Shown: positions 25,068 through 36,687 of the stretch, one piece after another
Layout: the number at the start of each line of letters is the position of its first letter
How positions within the stretch are numbered: position 1 is the stretch's first letter
Assembly: GCF_001194135.2 (NCBI RefSeq)
Contig: NC_069005.1
Coordinates: 4,573,753-4,637,752, forward strand
Origin: Octopus bimaculoides
Lineage: Eukaryota
DNA length: 64,000 bases
Reading direction: 5' to 3'
Made by a program: the position numbers and the translations under genes
The notes under the pieces: model-generated
Seen by the model: only the letters and a program-made list of their open reading frames with translations
What the model was told of the DNA's origin: nothing
The model's database searches: none

Positions 25068-25442
25068 NNNNNNNNNNNNNNNNNNNNNNNNNNNNNNNNN
25101 NNNNNNNNNNNNNNNNNNNNNNNNNNNNNNNNNNNNNNNNNNNNNNNNNNNNNNNNNNNNNNNNNNNNNNNNNNNNNNNNNNNNNNNNNNNNNNNNNNNN
25201 NNNNNNNNNNNNNNNNNNNNNNNNNNNNNNNNNNNNNNNNNNNNNNNNNNNNNNNNNNNNNNNNNNNNNNNNNNNNNNNNNNNNNNNNNNNNNNNNNNNN
25301 NNNNNNNNNNNNNNNNNNNNNNNNNNNNNNNNNNNNNNNNNNNNNNNNNNNNNNNNNNNNNNNNNNNNNNNNNNNTATACATATATAAACACACATATAT
25401 ATATAGACATATATACATACATTTATATATAGACATATATAC

Positions 25443-25477
<35 letters not shown>

Positions 25478-25606
25478 CTTATACGGACAAAAAAAAAGCG
25501 AGAAAACAGAAAATGTTACAGGATTACAAATAGCAACAACAAGAATAACAATTGGTGTCTTTCTACTAAAAGGAGAAGCAAAGTTAAGCTGGCGCATAAA
25601 GTAGAA

Positions 25607-25644
25607 GCCTTACGGCAACACACATAGGTGTGTTGCCGTAAGGC
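25607..25644. repeat. Perfect inverted repeat (17-bp stem, 4-nt loop)
   Basis: GCCTTACGGCAACACAC-ATAG-GTGTGTTGCCGTAAGGC. Confidence 0.95.
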
Positions 25645-26308
25645 GAGACAGGAAAAAAGAAAGGTCTGTTGCGAGCGGAGGTCAAACCAAGAAAGAAGTA
25701 TCAGGCGTGACCGAGCACAGGTCACGTGGGAGAAACAAAGAGAGGTAGGCAACTGAGAGATTGAAGAATTAGGGAAGGAACTAGAGAGAGAGAGAGAGGC
25801 GGAGACAGAAGGAAATGTAGAAGGGAGATAACAGAGGAAAGTAGAGAGATTAAAGAGAAAGGATGTCAAGAAATGTGAGAGGAGGGGAAGAAAAGGAAAA
25901 TGGAAAGAAAGAGAATGTCAAGAACGTGAGAGAGGGGGAGCAACAAAAAGAAAGGAAAAAAGGAAGTCGTGTCCTGGTGAAACGAAATGTGTGGGATTCA
26001 GTACAGTACATATCTACCCGTGTACGCTTATATACTGACTCACATACAAAGACAAACATGCACATGTATTTACACAAACACACACACACATATTTACATC
26101 CATATATCCATCGATATATATATATATATACATTCGTACATACATATGTTTACACATATCTATGTGTATATACATATAAGTATGTATGTATATGCATGTA
26201 TACATATGACCTCTGACATTTGTCGAGGTGGTATGAGCAAGAATACACATACACATGTACGCGAACACATACACAGGCATTCGCGCGCAGGAACACATGC
26301 ACACACGC

Positions 26309-26362
<54 letters not shown>

Positions 26363-26372
26363 NNNNNNNNNN

Positions 26373-26415
<43 letters not shown>

Positions 26416-26834
26416 TGTGTGTGTGTGTGTATTTAATATATTACTATGTTTATAAGCATTCATAAATTCGGGATAGGTATATAGGACAAGCTCTTCTTTC
26501 AAGCTATAGAGTGAAATACATTTCCCGTTTTCTTATTATTTATAGCATATTAGACTAGCTTTCACTCTCAATCGGTAATGATTAGCATATACATGAACTC
26601 AATATCACACACATATACACACATAGGCACACGTGCACACACACACAAACACGAGAACAACTACATACACTTATACATACATTAACGTTCACTAACTTAG
26701 ATTGTCCCATTGTGATGTATACAAATATACGTTTGTGTGTTTTTATATGTTCATAAATACATGACTATACAGAGTATGTAAAGTATTGGAGGTGTATACA
26801 TATATAAATATGTAGGTATACATATATATATATA

Positions 26835-26921
<87 letters not shown>

Positions 26922-27590
26922 TTGTCTATGTATATAAATACGTATGTATATATATATATAATTATATACGTGTGTGGGTGTGTATGTATATATATATATG
27001 TGTGTGTGAGTGTGTGTGCGTGTTTGTATATGTGTGTCTGGCTGTCTGTCTGTGTGTATCCGGAAATGAAACTCAATCACGCATATATTTCATATTATGC
27101 ATCATTTGAATATGAGTGTGTGTGTGTATGCATCTGTTACTGTCGATGTGTCTCTCTATATGTGCTTATGTGTTTGTGTGGAGTCTGTGTGTGTGTTGGT
27201 AGTGTATGTGTGTGTGTTCATGTGTGTGTGACTGTGTGGAAATAGTTTGTATGTGATATTCCATTTTAATACAGAAGAATACGTTTTGGTGGATGCTATA
27301 AGTTGGCAGTGACCTTTTCTCACAGAATCTTCATCCTACGTCCCAATCATACCTATTGAATTACTTTACAATGGTTGCAGTCTTTGACCTTTTCATGTCA
27401 GCACTGCGGAGTTTCAATTTATTCAGGCGGCACAATGAAGGAGCTCAATTAGAGAGGGAATGGGCGTAGTTTGAGGCACGATTGAGTTAATTCAATGTTC
27501 GATTCGCAACATCAAAATTAAAATCAATACAAAAAGAATATGTATCGAAATAATATACACCCCTATGTATACGCACAAATATATATATAT

Positions 27591-27621
<31 letters not shown>

Positions 27622-27870
27622 GATAGATAGAAAGATAGATATAGATATATATGTATATATATATAAGTATATATATATATATGTATGTATATATANNNNN
27701 NNNNNNNNNNNNNNNNNNATATATATATATATATATACATATGATGTAATATACATGGAACAGTAACGATGAATATATGAGGCTTTTGCACTGATATATA
27801 TGTGCTATATATAAAATAATAATATTTATATATATATATATATACACATACACACACATATGTATAAATA

Positions 27871-27905
<35 letters not shown>

Positions 27906-28125
27906 CATCTCTTTATATGTTAACAGGCACCCAAACCCACACACAAACACAGGTATGATGCACGCTAACATGTATGTCTTTGTGCATAAATTCACTTATA
28001 ATGATTCATAGATGCACGTCTCTATATTCAATTCAAATGTTGAATATGTTCCTAAAAATTCAATACTGAAACGTTATGTCATCACATTGCGTGTATGTTA
28101 CTACATACTACACACACACACACAC

Positions 28126-28200
<75 letters not shown>

Positions 28201-29088
28201 GAATGGATGGATAATCTAACGGAACTTCCGAAACTACTCTGGCTGGAACGAAACTGTTATTTTACCCTGCCATCCTTTTATACTTTTATTTCAATCATCC
28301 TTATTTGAATAAAAGACATTCTGAAAATAAGCATCTATTTTGTCTTTTTTTTTTTTTCTTACCAGTTGATATATGATATGAATAAAGAGAACGCGTCCTC
28401 TCGTTTCTCTTGAACATCCTACATAAAACTGTCCTTAGCTGACGCAGTATTTATCCAGATAAAGTCTTAAAATTCTTCATGGTTTCTGTGTGGATATATT
28501 GATTTACATTGCAAAATTTCCGAATTACAGGAAACGAAGTATTTCAAAATGGAATTGGACATCTATTGCTATGGTTAGGTGCTCGTATACCGATGCCTCA
28601 TGTCCTTCGGTGCACTTGATGCATAAATTAATCTCGAGTACACGTAATTTACACTTTCTAAACCAGACATATACATCCTTTTCCTGAAACTCTGCCCGCA
28701 TTAATAAGCAGATTTAACCCACTGCTTTCCCTAAGGTTGCCATTCTGATATCCCGCAGATTAGCCTAGACGTATAGCACTTTGTTTTTTTTGCCGGCTGT
28801 GGAAGAGAAAAATTTCTTTTGAGGCACTTTTGCGGATATTGTTTTTTCTTTTTTACCTTGTGTGTGATTTTAGCTTAAATCATTATGCTGCTCTACGCGA
28901 ATGTTGCTAGGAATTTATAATTCGTACATGAACTTATTGGATCATTTTTTTCCCGGATCAAAATTAATATTGACTGTAACATTCCACCCGGTCAGGTATG
29001 AAAATATGTGTACGTATTTACGCGAATATATTTTATTCAACGCTGCTTCGTTTGTCAGCAAGTGTGTGTATATATATATATATAGTCA

Positions 29089-29120
<32 letters not shown>

Positions 29121-29514
29121 CGTGCGGTGTGTGTGTGNNNNNNNNNNNNNNNNNNNNNNNNNNNNNNNNNNNNNNNNNNNNNNNNNNNNNNNNNNNNNNN
29201 NNNNNNNNNNNNNNNNNNNNNNNNNNNNNNNNNNNNNNNNNNNNNNNNNNNNNNNNNNNNNNNNNNNNNNNNNNNNNNNTGTTTCAGTGTGTATATGATT
29301 GTGTGTTCTCTTTCAGTACGGTTCCATTATGTGTGCATTCTTAGAAAGGATCTCCTTGACGGGCTTTACAAGGTCTGCTCGGCGATGCTGTCTTGGGTAG
29401 AACAATACTACGTTGTAAACAACGCAGCTTACGTTTCCTGTGTTAAATAAATAAATACTAGAAGAGATTATATTCATCCAAGCTTATCTATTCCTCATCG
29501 ACAACTATGGCTGT

Positions 29515-29548
29515 TGATGAAGATGATGAATATGATGACGACGACAAG

Positions 29549-29580
<32 letters not shown>

Positions 29581-30205
29581 CGATGATGATGATGATGATG
29601 ATAATGATGACGGGGCTGATGACGGCAGCCAATTGACTTGGAGGAATGAGGCAGATATAAGCGAGTGGCGATGCATCGATAATTATTATTATAAAAGATA
29701 GTAATGAAATTTAAAACGATAATGGCGTTGACAATGACAATCCTTTGCATACTAACATGTTTCGACATTTTAAATGGAATCACTAAAACGTCTGCATGGG
29801 TCGAGGCGAAACTTTGTGAAGTTAATCACACGAAAATAGGCCTTAATTTCAATAGATTAGGACTGAAACATCGGCTATGTCAAAAGTTCGCTGGAAATCA
29901 GATTAGCTTAAATGGCTTTTAATATGGCGCTATTAAAATGAACATTAACAACAAACCACTAATATATTATAATAATCAGTATAATGGTAATAAAATATTA
30001 CTAATAAAAATAATAATCAGAGGAGGAGGAGGAGGAGGGTGTGATAAGGAGAAGAAATGGCTGGGGTTGTTTTTGCATTGCTATATTTCTGCTGCTAATA
30101 GGCAGTGATAAAATGGGTAACGATGACACTCGAGTAAAATGGACAGTCAAAAACAGCGGCGATATTGATTTGATATCGATCGATCAGCGTGACCATGATG
30201 ATAGA

Positions 30206-30238
<33 letters not shown>

Positions 30239-30718
30239 AACCTTGCCGCAACCGACGAGGTCGTTGCCGGCGAACGCCGACTAGGCTGGCGCAGGCGCAG
30301 GCGCTTACCATGGCGACGGCAGCGATTATGACGTTGACGATGATGGTGGTGATGGTGCTGGTGCTGGCGCTGGTAATGGTGGCGGTGGTGATGGTGTTGT
30401 TGGTGGTGGAGGTGCTGCTGTCATGGTGATTGTTGTTGTTGGTGTTGTGGTGGTTCTGGTGGTGGAGGCGGCGATGAGATAAATATGAATAATGATAATG
30501 TAAGCAATGAAATCACTCATAATGTAGAGATAGGAGATGAGTAGGAGGAGGAGGAGGAGGAGGAGGAGGGGGATTACCAATACAATAATAAAATAATGAT
30601 TATGTTGATGACAACGATAAGAATAATGATGTTAGCGAGTATGAAGAGAATAACAACAACAACACCAACATCACTAAGAACAATAGTAATTAAGAGAACA
30701 ATGAAAATAATAATAATG

Positions 30719-30759
<41 letters not shown>

Positions 30760-30800
30760 TCTTATTATTATTAATCTTATTATTATTAGTATCATTATTA
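29515..30800. repeat. Low-complexity trinucleotide field (GAT/GAC/GGT/GAG/AAT) with short unique spacers
   Basis: Direct reading; source of the poly-D/V/I/R ORFs in the track. Confidence 0.85.
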
Positions 30801-30867
30801 TTTCAAATTATTACTAGGGGAGGTGGCAGCTTGGGGGAGGTGGCAGCTTGGAGAGGGGGCAGCTTCG

Positions 30868-31030
30868 AGGAGGTGGGGACGAGTCGACTACATCGACCCC
30901 AGTGTTCCACTGATACTTATTTTATCGACCGCGAAAGGATGAAAGGCAAAGTCGACCTCGGCGGAATTTGAACCCAAAACGTAGCTATGCATTTCGTGCG
31001 GCGTGCTAACGATTCTGCCAGCTCACCGCC
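30868..31030 (-). mobile_element. SINE family A, short-tail variant, followed by (AAT)n
   Basis: AGTCGACTACATCGACCCCAG...GAAAGGATGAAAGGCAAAGTCGACCTCGGCGGAATTTGAAC...TGCCAGCTCACCGCC. Confidence 0.85.
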
Positions 31031-31088
<58 letters not shown>

Positions 31089-31794
31089 CAACAACAACAA
31101 CAACAGCAACAGCGACAGCGACAGCAACAACAAGAGCAACAACAATAAAATAGCTGTGGAATAAGGTAGTTTCGTCGTTTCTGTTGCCCTGTGTTTCTTA
31201 TTTATTCATTTATTTTATATATTAATTTTTTTTAAAAGTTATTTGACCCCTTTAGAATACTAATTGCATTTAAGCATTTTATATTTTGATATTCCTACCA
31301 CTATCCCCACCCAATCCGCAATCTCCTTACAACTTCCTGCCCCTGGCGTTTATTATAGTGCTATGCTCCCTTTTCGTTCCCTTATTTTTTACCGGTTTTT
31401 TCCTACCATATTTGACCTAAACATAATCCATAGGCTATGGAGTTTTTTTCTTTTTATTTGTGTTATTTATTCTATAATTTTATCTTTTAGTTTTGTTTTG
31501 TTTGTGTGTCTGTTTTTCGTTTTCTTTCCCATGGTTCTTTTCTTCGTTCTTTCCTTTTTTTTTTTTTTGGTCGCTTTGTTTCCGGCGTGTATTGATCTTC
31601 AGAAATATTTAAAAAAATAGAAATAAATAAATAAACTTTCCTATAAAGAGAAGATGAATGAGATGATATCAGTGTTGATTAATATTCAAATGAAAATTAG
31701 GATGAGAGCAGTAGTAGTTGTGGTAGTAGTGGTATTAATGCTTGTGATGAAAGTAATAGTAGTATTACAGATAACTATGCTGGTAGTTCGAAGA

Positions 31795-31945
31795 CGCGTG
31801 GTTTAATGATTAAAGCGTTGGATTTATCTTCATATGGTCGTGGTTTCGGTTCCCGGATAGGGCCATGTGCTGTTTTCTTCAAGAATAAAACACCAGTTTA
31901 TGGCACGTTGACACTGTCCACTCAGCCGACAAACATGAGTAATCT
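31795..31945 (+). mobile_element. SINE family C, degenerate
   Basis: tRNA-like head GCGTGGTTTAATGATTAAAG...GGTTTCGGTTCCC, then GTCCACTCAGCCGACAAACATGAGT. Confidence 0.6.
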
Positions 31946-31978
31946 CCAGAGAGCGGCGGGGATAGGGTGGAATTTTAT

Positions 31979-32315
31979 ATGGCTGTGTGGTAAGTAGCTT
32001 GCATACCAACCACATGGTCCCGGGTTCAGTCCCACTGCGTGGCATCTTGGGCAAGTGTCTTCTACTATAGCCTCGGGCCGACCGAAGCCTTGTGAGTGGA
32101 TTTGGTAGACGGAAACTGAAAGAAGCCCGTCGTATGTATGTATATATATATGTATGTGTTTGTGTGTCTGTCTTTGTCCCCCCCAACATCGCTTGACAAC
32201 CGATGCTGGTGTGTTTATGTCCCCGTAACTTAGCGGTTCGGCAAAAGAGACCGATAGAATAAGTACTAGGCTTCTAAAGAATAAGTCCATGACCGCAGCC
32301 ACTTGGCTGAAACAT
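31979..32315 (+). mobile_element. SINE family B, near full length
   Basis: GGCTGTGTGGTAAGTAGCTTGC...GGGTTCAGTCCC...TTGGGCAAGTGTCTTC...internal TA/TG tract...CTTAGCGGTTCGGCAAAAGAGACCGATAGAATAAGTAC. Confidence 0.92.
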
Positions 32316-32426
32316 ATAAATAAATAAATAAATATATACGCAGCTAAGCATTTTGTCTGGAAGGATTACAATTCCCCAAATTTCAGACTTTATGCCCGTA
32401 ACAGAACAGGTTATTCTTATCATTAA

Positions 32427-32648
32427 GGCGGTGAGCTGGCAGAAACGTTAGCACGCCGGGCCAAATGCTTACCGGTAATTCGTCTGACATTACGTTCTGA
32501 GTTCAAATTCCGCCGAAGTTGACATTGCCTTTCATCCTTTCAGGGTCGATTAAATCATTACCAGTTATACGCTGTAATCGACCTAATCCCTTTGCTTGTC
32601 CTTGTTTGTCCCCTCTGTGTTTAGCCCCCTGTAGGCAATAAAGATATA
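32427..32648 (+). mobile_element. SINE family A, full length, long-tail variant
   Basis: GGCGGTGAGCTGGCAGAAACGTTAGCACGCCGGG...GAGTTCAAATTCCGCC...TTGCCTTTCATCCTTTC...TTTGTCCCCTCTGTGTTTAGCCCC. Confidence 0.92.
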
Positions 32649-32651
32649 AAA

Positions 32652-32860
32652 GGGGACTAGCTGGCAGTATTGGTAACACGCTGGACAAAATACTTAGCTA
32701 CACTCCATTGGGTTCCATGTAATGAATTCAAATCTCGCTGTGGTTGAAATTTTCTTTTCTCATTTCTGCTCAGATATAATAAATACCTGTTAAGGATTGG
32801 AGCCGATGTATCTCACTTCCCCTCACGGTATCATCACTGGCCTTGTGTCGAAATTATTGC
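32652..32860 (+). mobile_element. Old SINE family A copy
   Basis: AGCTGGCAG...ATACTTAGC...GAATTCAAATCTCGC...TGGCCTTGTGTC, strongly diverged. Confidence 0.5.
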
Positions 32861-33279
32861 TGTTGATATAACATCGGGCTATCATCTAAAGATTAGATTC
32901 TAAACTATGATCAAAAGCGTGACAGCTCCAGCCATAAGGCTTTTAAGAGTAAGTAGGACATTATCTGGTACAGTTCGCTCTTTATTTTGTGTTTATACCA
33001 ATAACAAGTGACATTGAAAATAGTGCAATGTTTTGAGTGAGATGTGAAGGAAGGTGTCGTAGGAGTTTATGGGGAATAATATGGCTTGAGGAAGTACTTA
33101 TTGGTGATTGATGGCGGTGGAGGTTGAGAAGATGTGAGCGGGTGGAGCGTTCGAATTGATATTATCCGAAACAAAATAAATGAAAAAGAAAAACGATTAA
33201 TTAAAAGCCGTTGATGTGTGAAAAAAAATTGAGAATTATCCTACCATTATGCTTGGTAAGATGCAAACACTGAACGGTA

Positions 33280-33441
33280 ATAATAATGATAATAATAACA
33301 ATAATAATGATAACGATAATGATAAAAATAAATGATAATATTAATAATAATCAAAGTAATAACAATCATCATCATCATCATCATAATCACCATCACCATC
33401 ACCATCACCATCACCATCGCCATCATCATCACCATCGCCAT

Positions 33442-33482
<41 letters not shown>

Positions 33483-33502
33483 GCAGTACTAGTAGTAGTA
33501 GT
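33280..33502. repeat. Compound (AAT)/(CAT)/(CAC)/(CAG)/(GTA) microsatellite
   Basis: Direct reading. Confidence 0.92.
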
Positions 33503-33774
33503 AAAATTGACTGTACTTATATGCGTGTGTGAGTGTATAAGTATATTCATTTGTATCTATATTTATATGCATATCCATCTCTCTCTCTTTGTCAGTCTCT
33601 CTCTCTCTCTATCGTTGTATACGTATATATATATATANNNNNNNNNNNNNNNNNNNNNNNNNNNNNNNNNNNNNNNNNNNNNNNNNNNNNNNNNNNNNNN
33701 NNNNNNNNNNNNNNNNNNNNNNNNNNNNNNNNNNNNNNNNNNNNNNNNNNNTATATATGTATGAAAGTCCCGTC

Positions 33775-34510
33775 CATTTTTGATATGATCATTTCTCAAT
33801 AATTACGATAAAGTGAGCATTAATTTCTCACTCTAAATTCCTCCTCTTACTTTACAGATTAATTTCTACCATAGTGGTTTACCTCGTATCGATTTGAAAA
33901 TTAGTTTCCACTAAATTCATAGGACACACTACAAGCCACGTGGATTTAAAGGGGGTCCTTCAGCAATGGAAGCGGCAAGCAATATCTGTTCTGTCTTATG
34001 AAAACGAAGCTTTGACTATCCGGACATATCAACGATTGTTTGACCAGTTTCGCTTCAGAAATTCATTTCGCGTAGATTTCCTGGTCTGCACGATCAAGAT
34101 TTGTTAGTATTGAACTTCTGAAAGCTTCAGTTGAGAAAAATCCAAAACAAACTTTACAAGAGTTACGTTTCATGCATCAGAGAAAGTGTATAAATTTCAT
34201 CAATGGATCCCACTCCTCAGTATGATAAGAGCTGTCTTCTTCTCATCATCAAAGTGTAGATTGCAAACGGAGCATTCATGCGTAGAATAAACACAACCGA
34301 TGAAGTAGGAGTCCTCTACAACCGTATCAAACATTAACGCTTGTGTTTCGGACTCATTGAAAAAGGAGAATTCATTCCCAAATCAGGACAACACTCGTTG
34401 AAATGTGATCTGTGTTTCGTGGTGATTTGAAGAGTGTTGCCTCGCTGAAGTATTTAACCAAAGCAAAGCAGTTAATACGATGAAATATTGCACAAAACCT
34501 GGAGGAAAAT
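33775..34510 (+). mobile_element. Mariner element relic, 5' half
   Basis: FKGGPSAMEAASNICSV..NEALTIRTYQRLFDQFR..ELLKASVEKNPKQTLQEL..KFHQWIP..INTTDEVGVLYNRIK (degenerate first-Asp motif). Confidence 0.75.
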
Positions 34511-34523
34511 AGTGTCCATCGTG

Positions 34524-34650
34524 CGCAAGCATGGCTGTGTGTCAAGAAGCTTTCTTACCAAGCACAATGTTCCTGGTTCAGTCCAACTGCAAGGCAGCTT
34601 AGGCAAGCGTTTTATAGCATAGCATTCTTGTGTGTGTATTTGGTAGAAGG
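34524..34650 (+). mobile_element. SINE family B 5' fragment
   Basis: CATGGCTGTGTGTCAAGAAGCTT...GGTTCAGTCC...TTAGGCAAG...GTATTTGGTAGA. Confidence 0.65.
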
Positions 34651-34654
34651 AGCA

Positions 34655-35264
34655 TTAAAAACATTTCCAGTCTAATCACGGGCAGAGAATGAATGTTTGC
34701 CCTTCTTTGCAGTTACATCTCACGAATGAAACTCTTTGGATCGAATAGTGACTGGTGATGAGAAATGGGTTCCCTATAAAAATGTCAAGCTCCGAAGACA
34801 GTAGTTAGACAAAGGAGAAACACCAGCATCTCAGGCTACAGAATGTCTTCACCCACGAAATACACTGTTATACGTTTAGTGGGATATGAAACCAAACGAT
34901 GACAAAGATAATATACTGCGAGTGGCTTGAGTTGCTTAAGTCAGCGCTAGAAGTAAAACAACCATCTTTGATTTCAAGATGAAAGGTGTTCTTCCATGAG
35001 GATGATGCTCGGCCACATACAGAGAGGATGTTATGCCAATGGCTTGAACAATGCACTATCCACCATATTCACCGGACATTTCTCCATCTGATTATCGTTT
35101 ATTCTGCAGGGTTCAACATCATTTGGACGGTTAAAATATGAAATCTGTAGATGAGGTCAGAACAGTACTGGAGGAGTGCTTTTCATTACGGACAAATGAG
35201 TTTTGGAAGTGAAGCCTTGCAAGTCCACCAGATAGACGGGAAAGTATTGTAGAAAATGAAGGCG

Positions 35265-35270
<6 letters not shown>
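34655..35270 (+). mobile_element. Mariner (DD34D) transposase catalytic-domain relic
   Basis: DRIVTGDEKWVPYKNVK (D1), VFFHEDDARPHT (D2), YPPYSPDISPSDYRLF (D3), ending IVENEGDY; stops and frameshifts present. Confidence 0.92.
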
Positions 35271-35313
<43 letters not shown>

Positions 35314-36299
35314 TTAGATACATGTATACATACATACATACATACATACATACATGCATACATACATACATAGAGAAATAGAGACATATATAGTAGTTAT
35401 AAGGCTTTTACTAGATAGAACACTCGTACTATCTCTATTAATACATGTCTTGTAGAGTGTTGTAACACTCTCCGAGCTAAATATATTTTAAACCGATTCT
35501 AGTTTCACTTATCGATTCTTCAGAATGAATTACAATTTTACAATGAAATTGATGTTGAGTAAGATTTATTGAATGGAGGGTAACTAAAATGCGAAAGCAA
35601 TATAAAAATAATTGAGAACATGTAAAACTGCTATTAAATAACATTTTCTTTATTAAGTACTTCATTAAGGACAATCTCAATTACTTTATTAATAAATAAT
35701 ATATTATCAGATATGATTCATGTCTGTGAATAACGTTATATCTCTCCATCTAGTCTGCAGAATATCTTAGAACTTTTATACTTTAAACTTCCATTTTTTA
35801 TTACACATAGTTAATGATATATTGTTAAAACCGTTAAATTAAAAGTTATGCGTTGCACTGTCTTGTACATAAATGACGTTAATTAGGAAAATATAATCCA
35901 TATTCATTTATTAAAACCTGTCTACCCGTTTTGGAGATATTCAAACCAATTCTATGAATTTCTTATACAAGTACATTATCGCCTTCAATATTCAGCCATT
36001 GAAACACACGGCCACAATTTTCTACATCGCATCACACACTCTGTCTCCGTTTCATTATATTACCACCTCTTCCATCAGCTTAAATGAAGTGATACGAAGC
36101 CGGCCACCGTCGATGCCACTTCTATCACTCCTAACAATAACGGTAACTTCTGCAGTAAATTGCAGCCCATAATTTTGCAAAGTATTCTCATAATTCTAGA
36201 CATAATAAATAGCATATGGCAAATTTGTGTGGTTAGTAAAGCATTGGATAAATGCTTGGTGGTATTTCATGCGATCAGATCATTTCAGTTTCGTTCATT

Positions 36300-36470
36300 C
36301 TGTTATATTACTTGTTGATCACCTGTTAATTGTAAGTCCTTGATAGACAAGTGATCGGCTGGAGATTTTTGTCAGTTATTTAAATACGTTGGTGTTCAAG
36401 AGTCAGGTAAACGCATAAAGCGTTATATTCCGCTGATGAGGTCCAATAAAGGCAGAACATGTTCGTAATG
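36300..36470 (+). mobile_element. Possible Penelope-like element end with degenerate hammerhead
   Basis: TATTTAAA box about 55 nt upstream of CTGATGAGGTCCAATAAAGGCAGAAC. Confidence 0.35.
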
Positions 36471-36494
36471 AACCCATAGTTAACAAAGTTAAAA

Positions 36495-36687
36495 AATCCT
36501 TGTGCTGAAAATACAGGAGAGTCATTAAATTATGATTTTATTCAACATTTTCTCCTCTAAGATTCTCACACTTTTTGACGTGGTCCTTCAGTCTTTCTCA
36601 ACGTTATAAGAGAACTCGGAAGGTTGGGCCTTCACCAGCCTTTTCTCGATAACCTTAACGCAGGGATCTTTTCACCATCTCATCGTA
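36495..36687 (-). mobile_element. Mariner-derived MITE
   Basis: Reverse complement aligns with 49358-49570 (GGCCCAACCTTCCGAGTTC...AGAGGAGAAAATGTTGAATAAAATCATAAT...CCTGTATTTTC). Confidence 0.75.

Noticed and set aside
29433-29437. 5-nt (minus) and 4-nt (54146-54149, plus) micro-exon-like AG/GTAAG arrangements
   Set aside because: Not frame-preserving and too short to distinguish from chance
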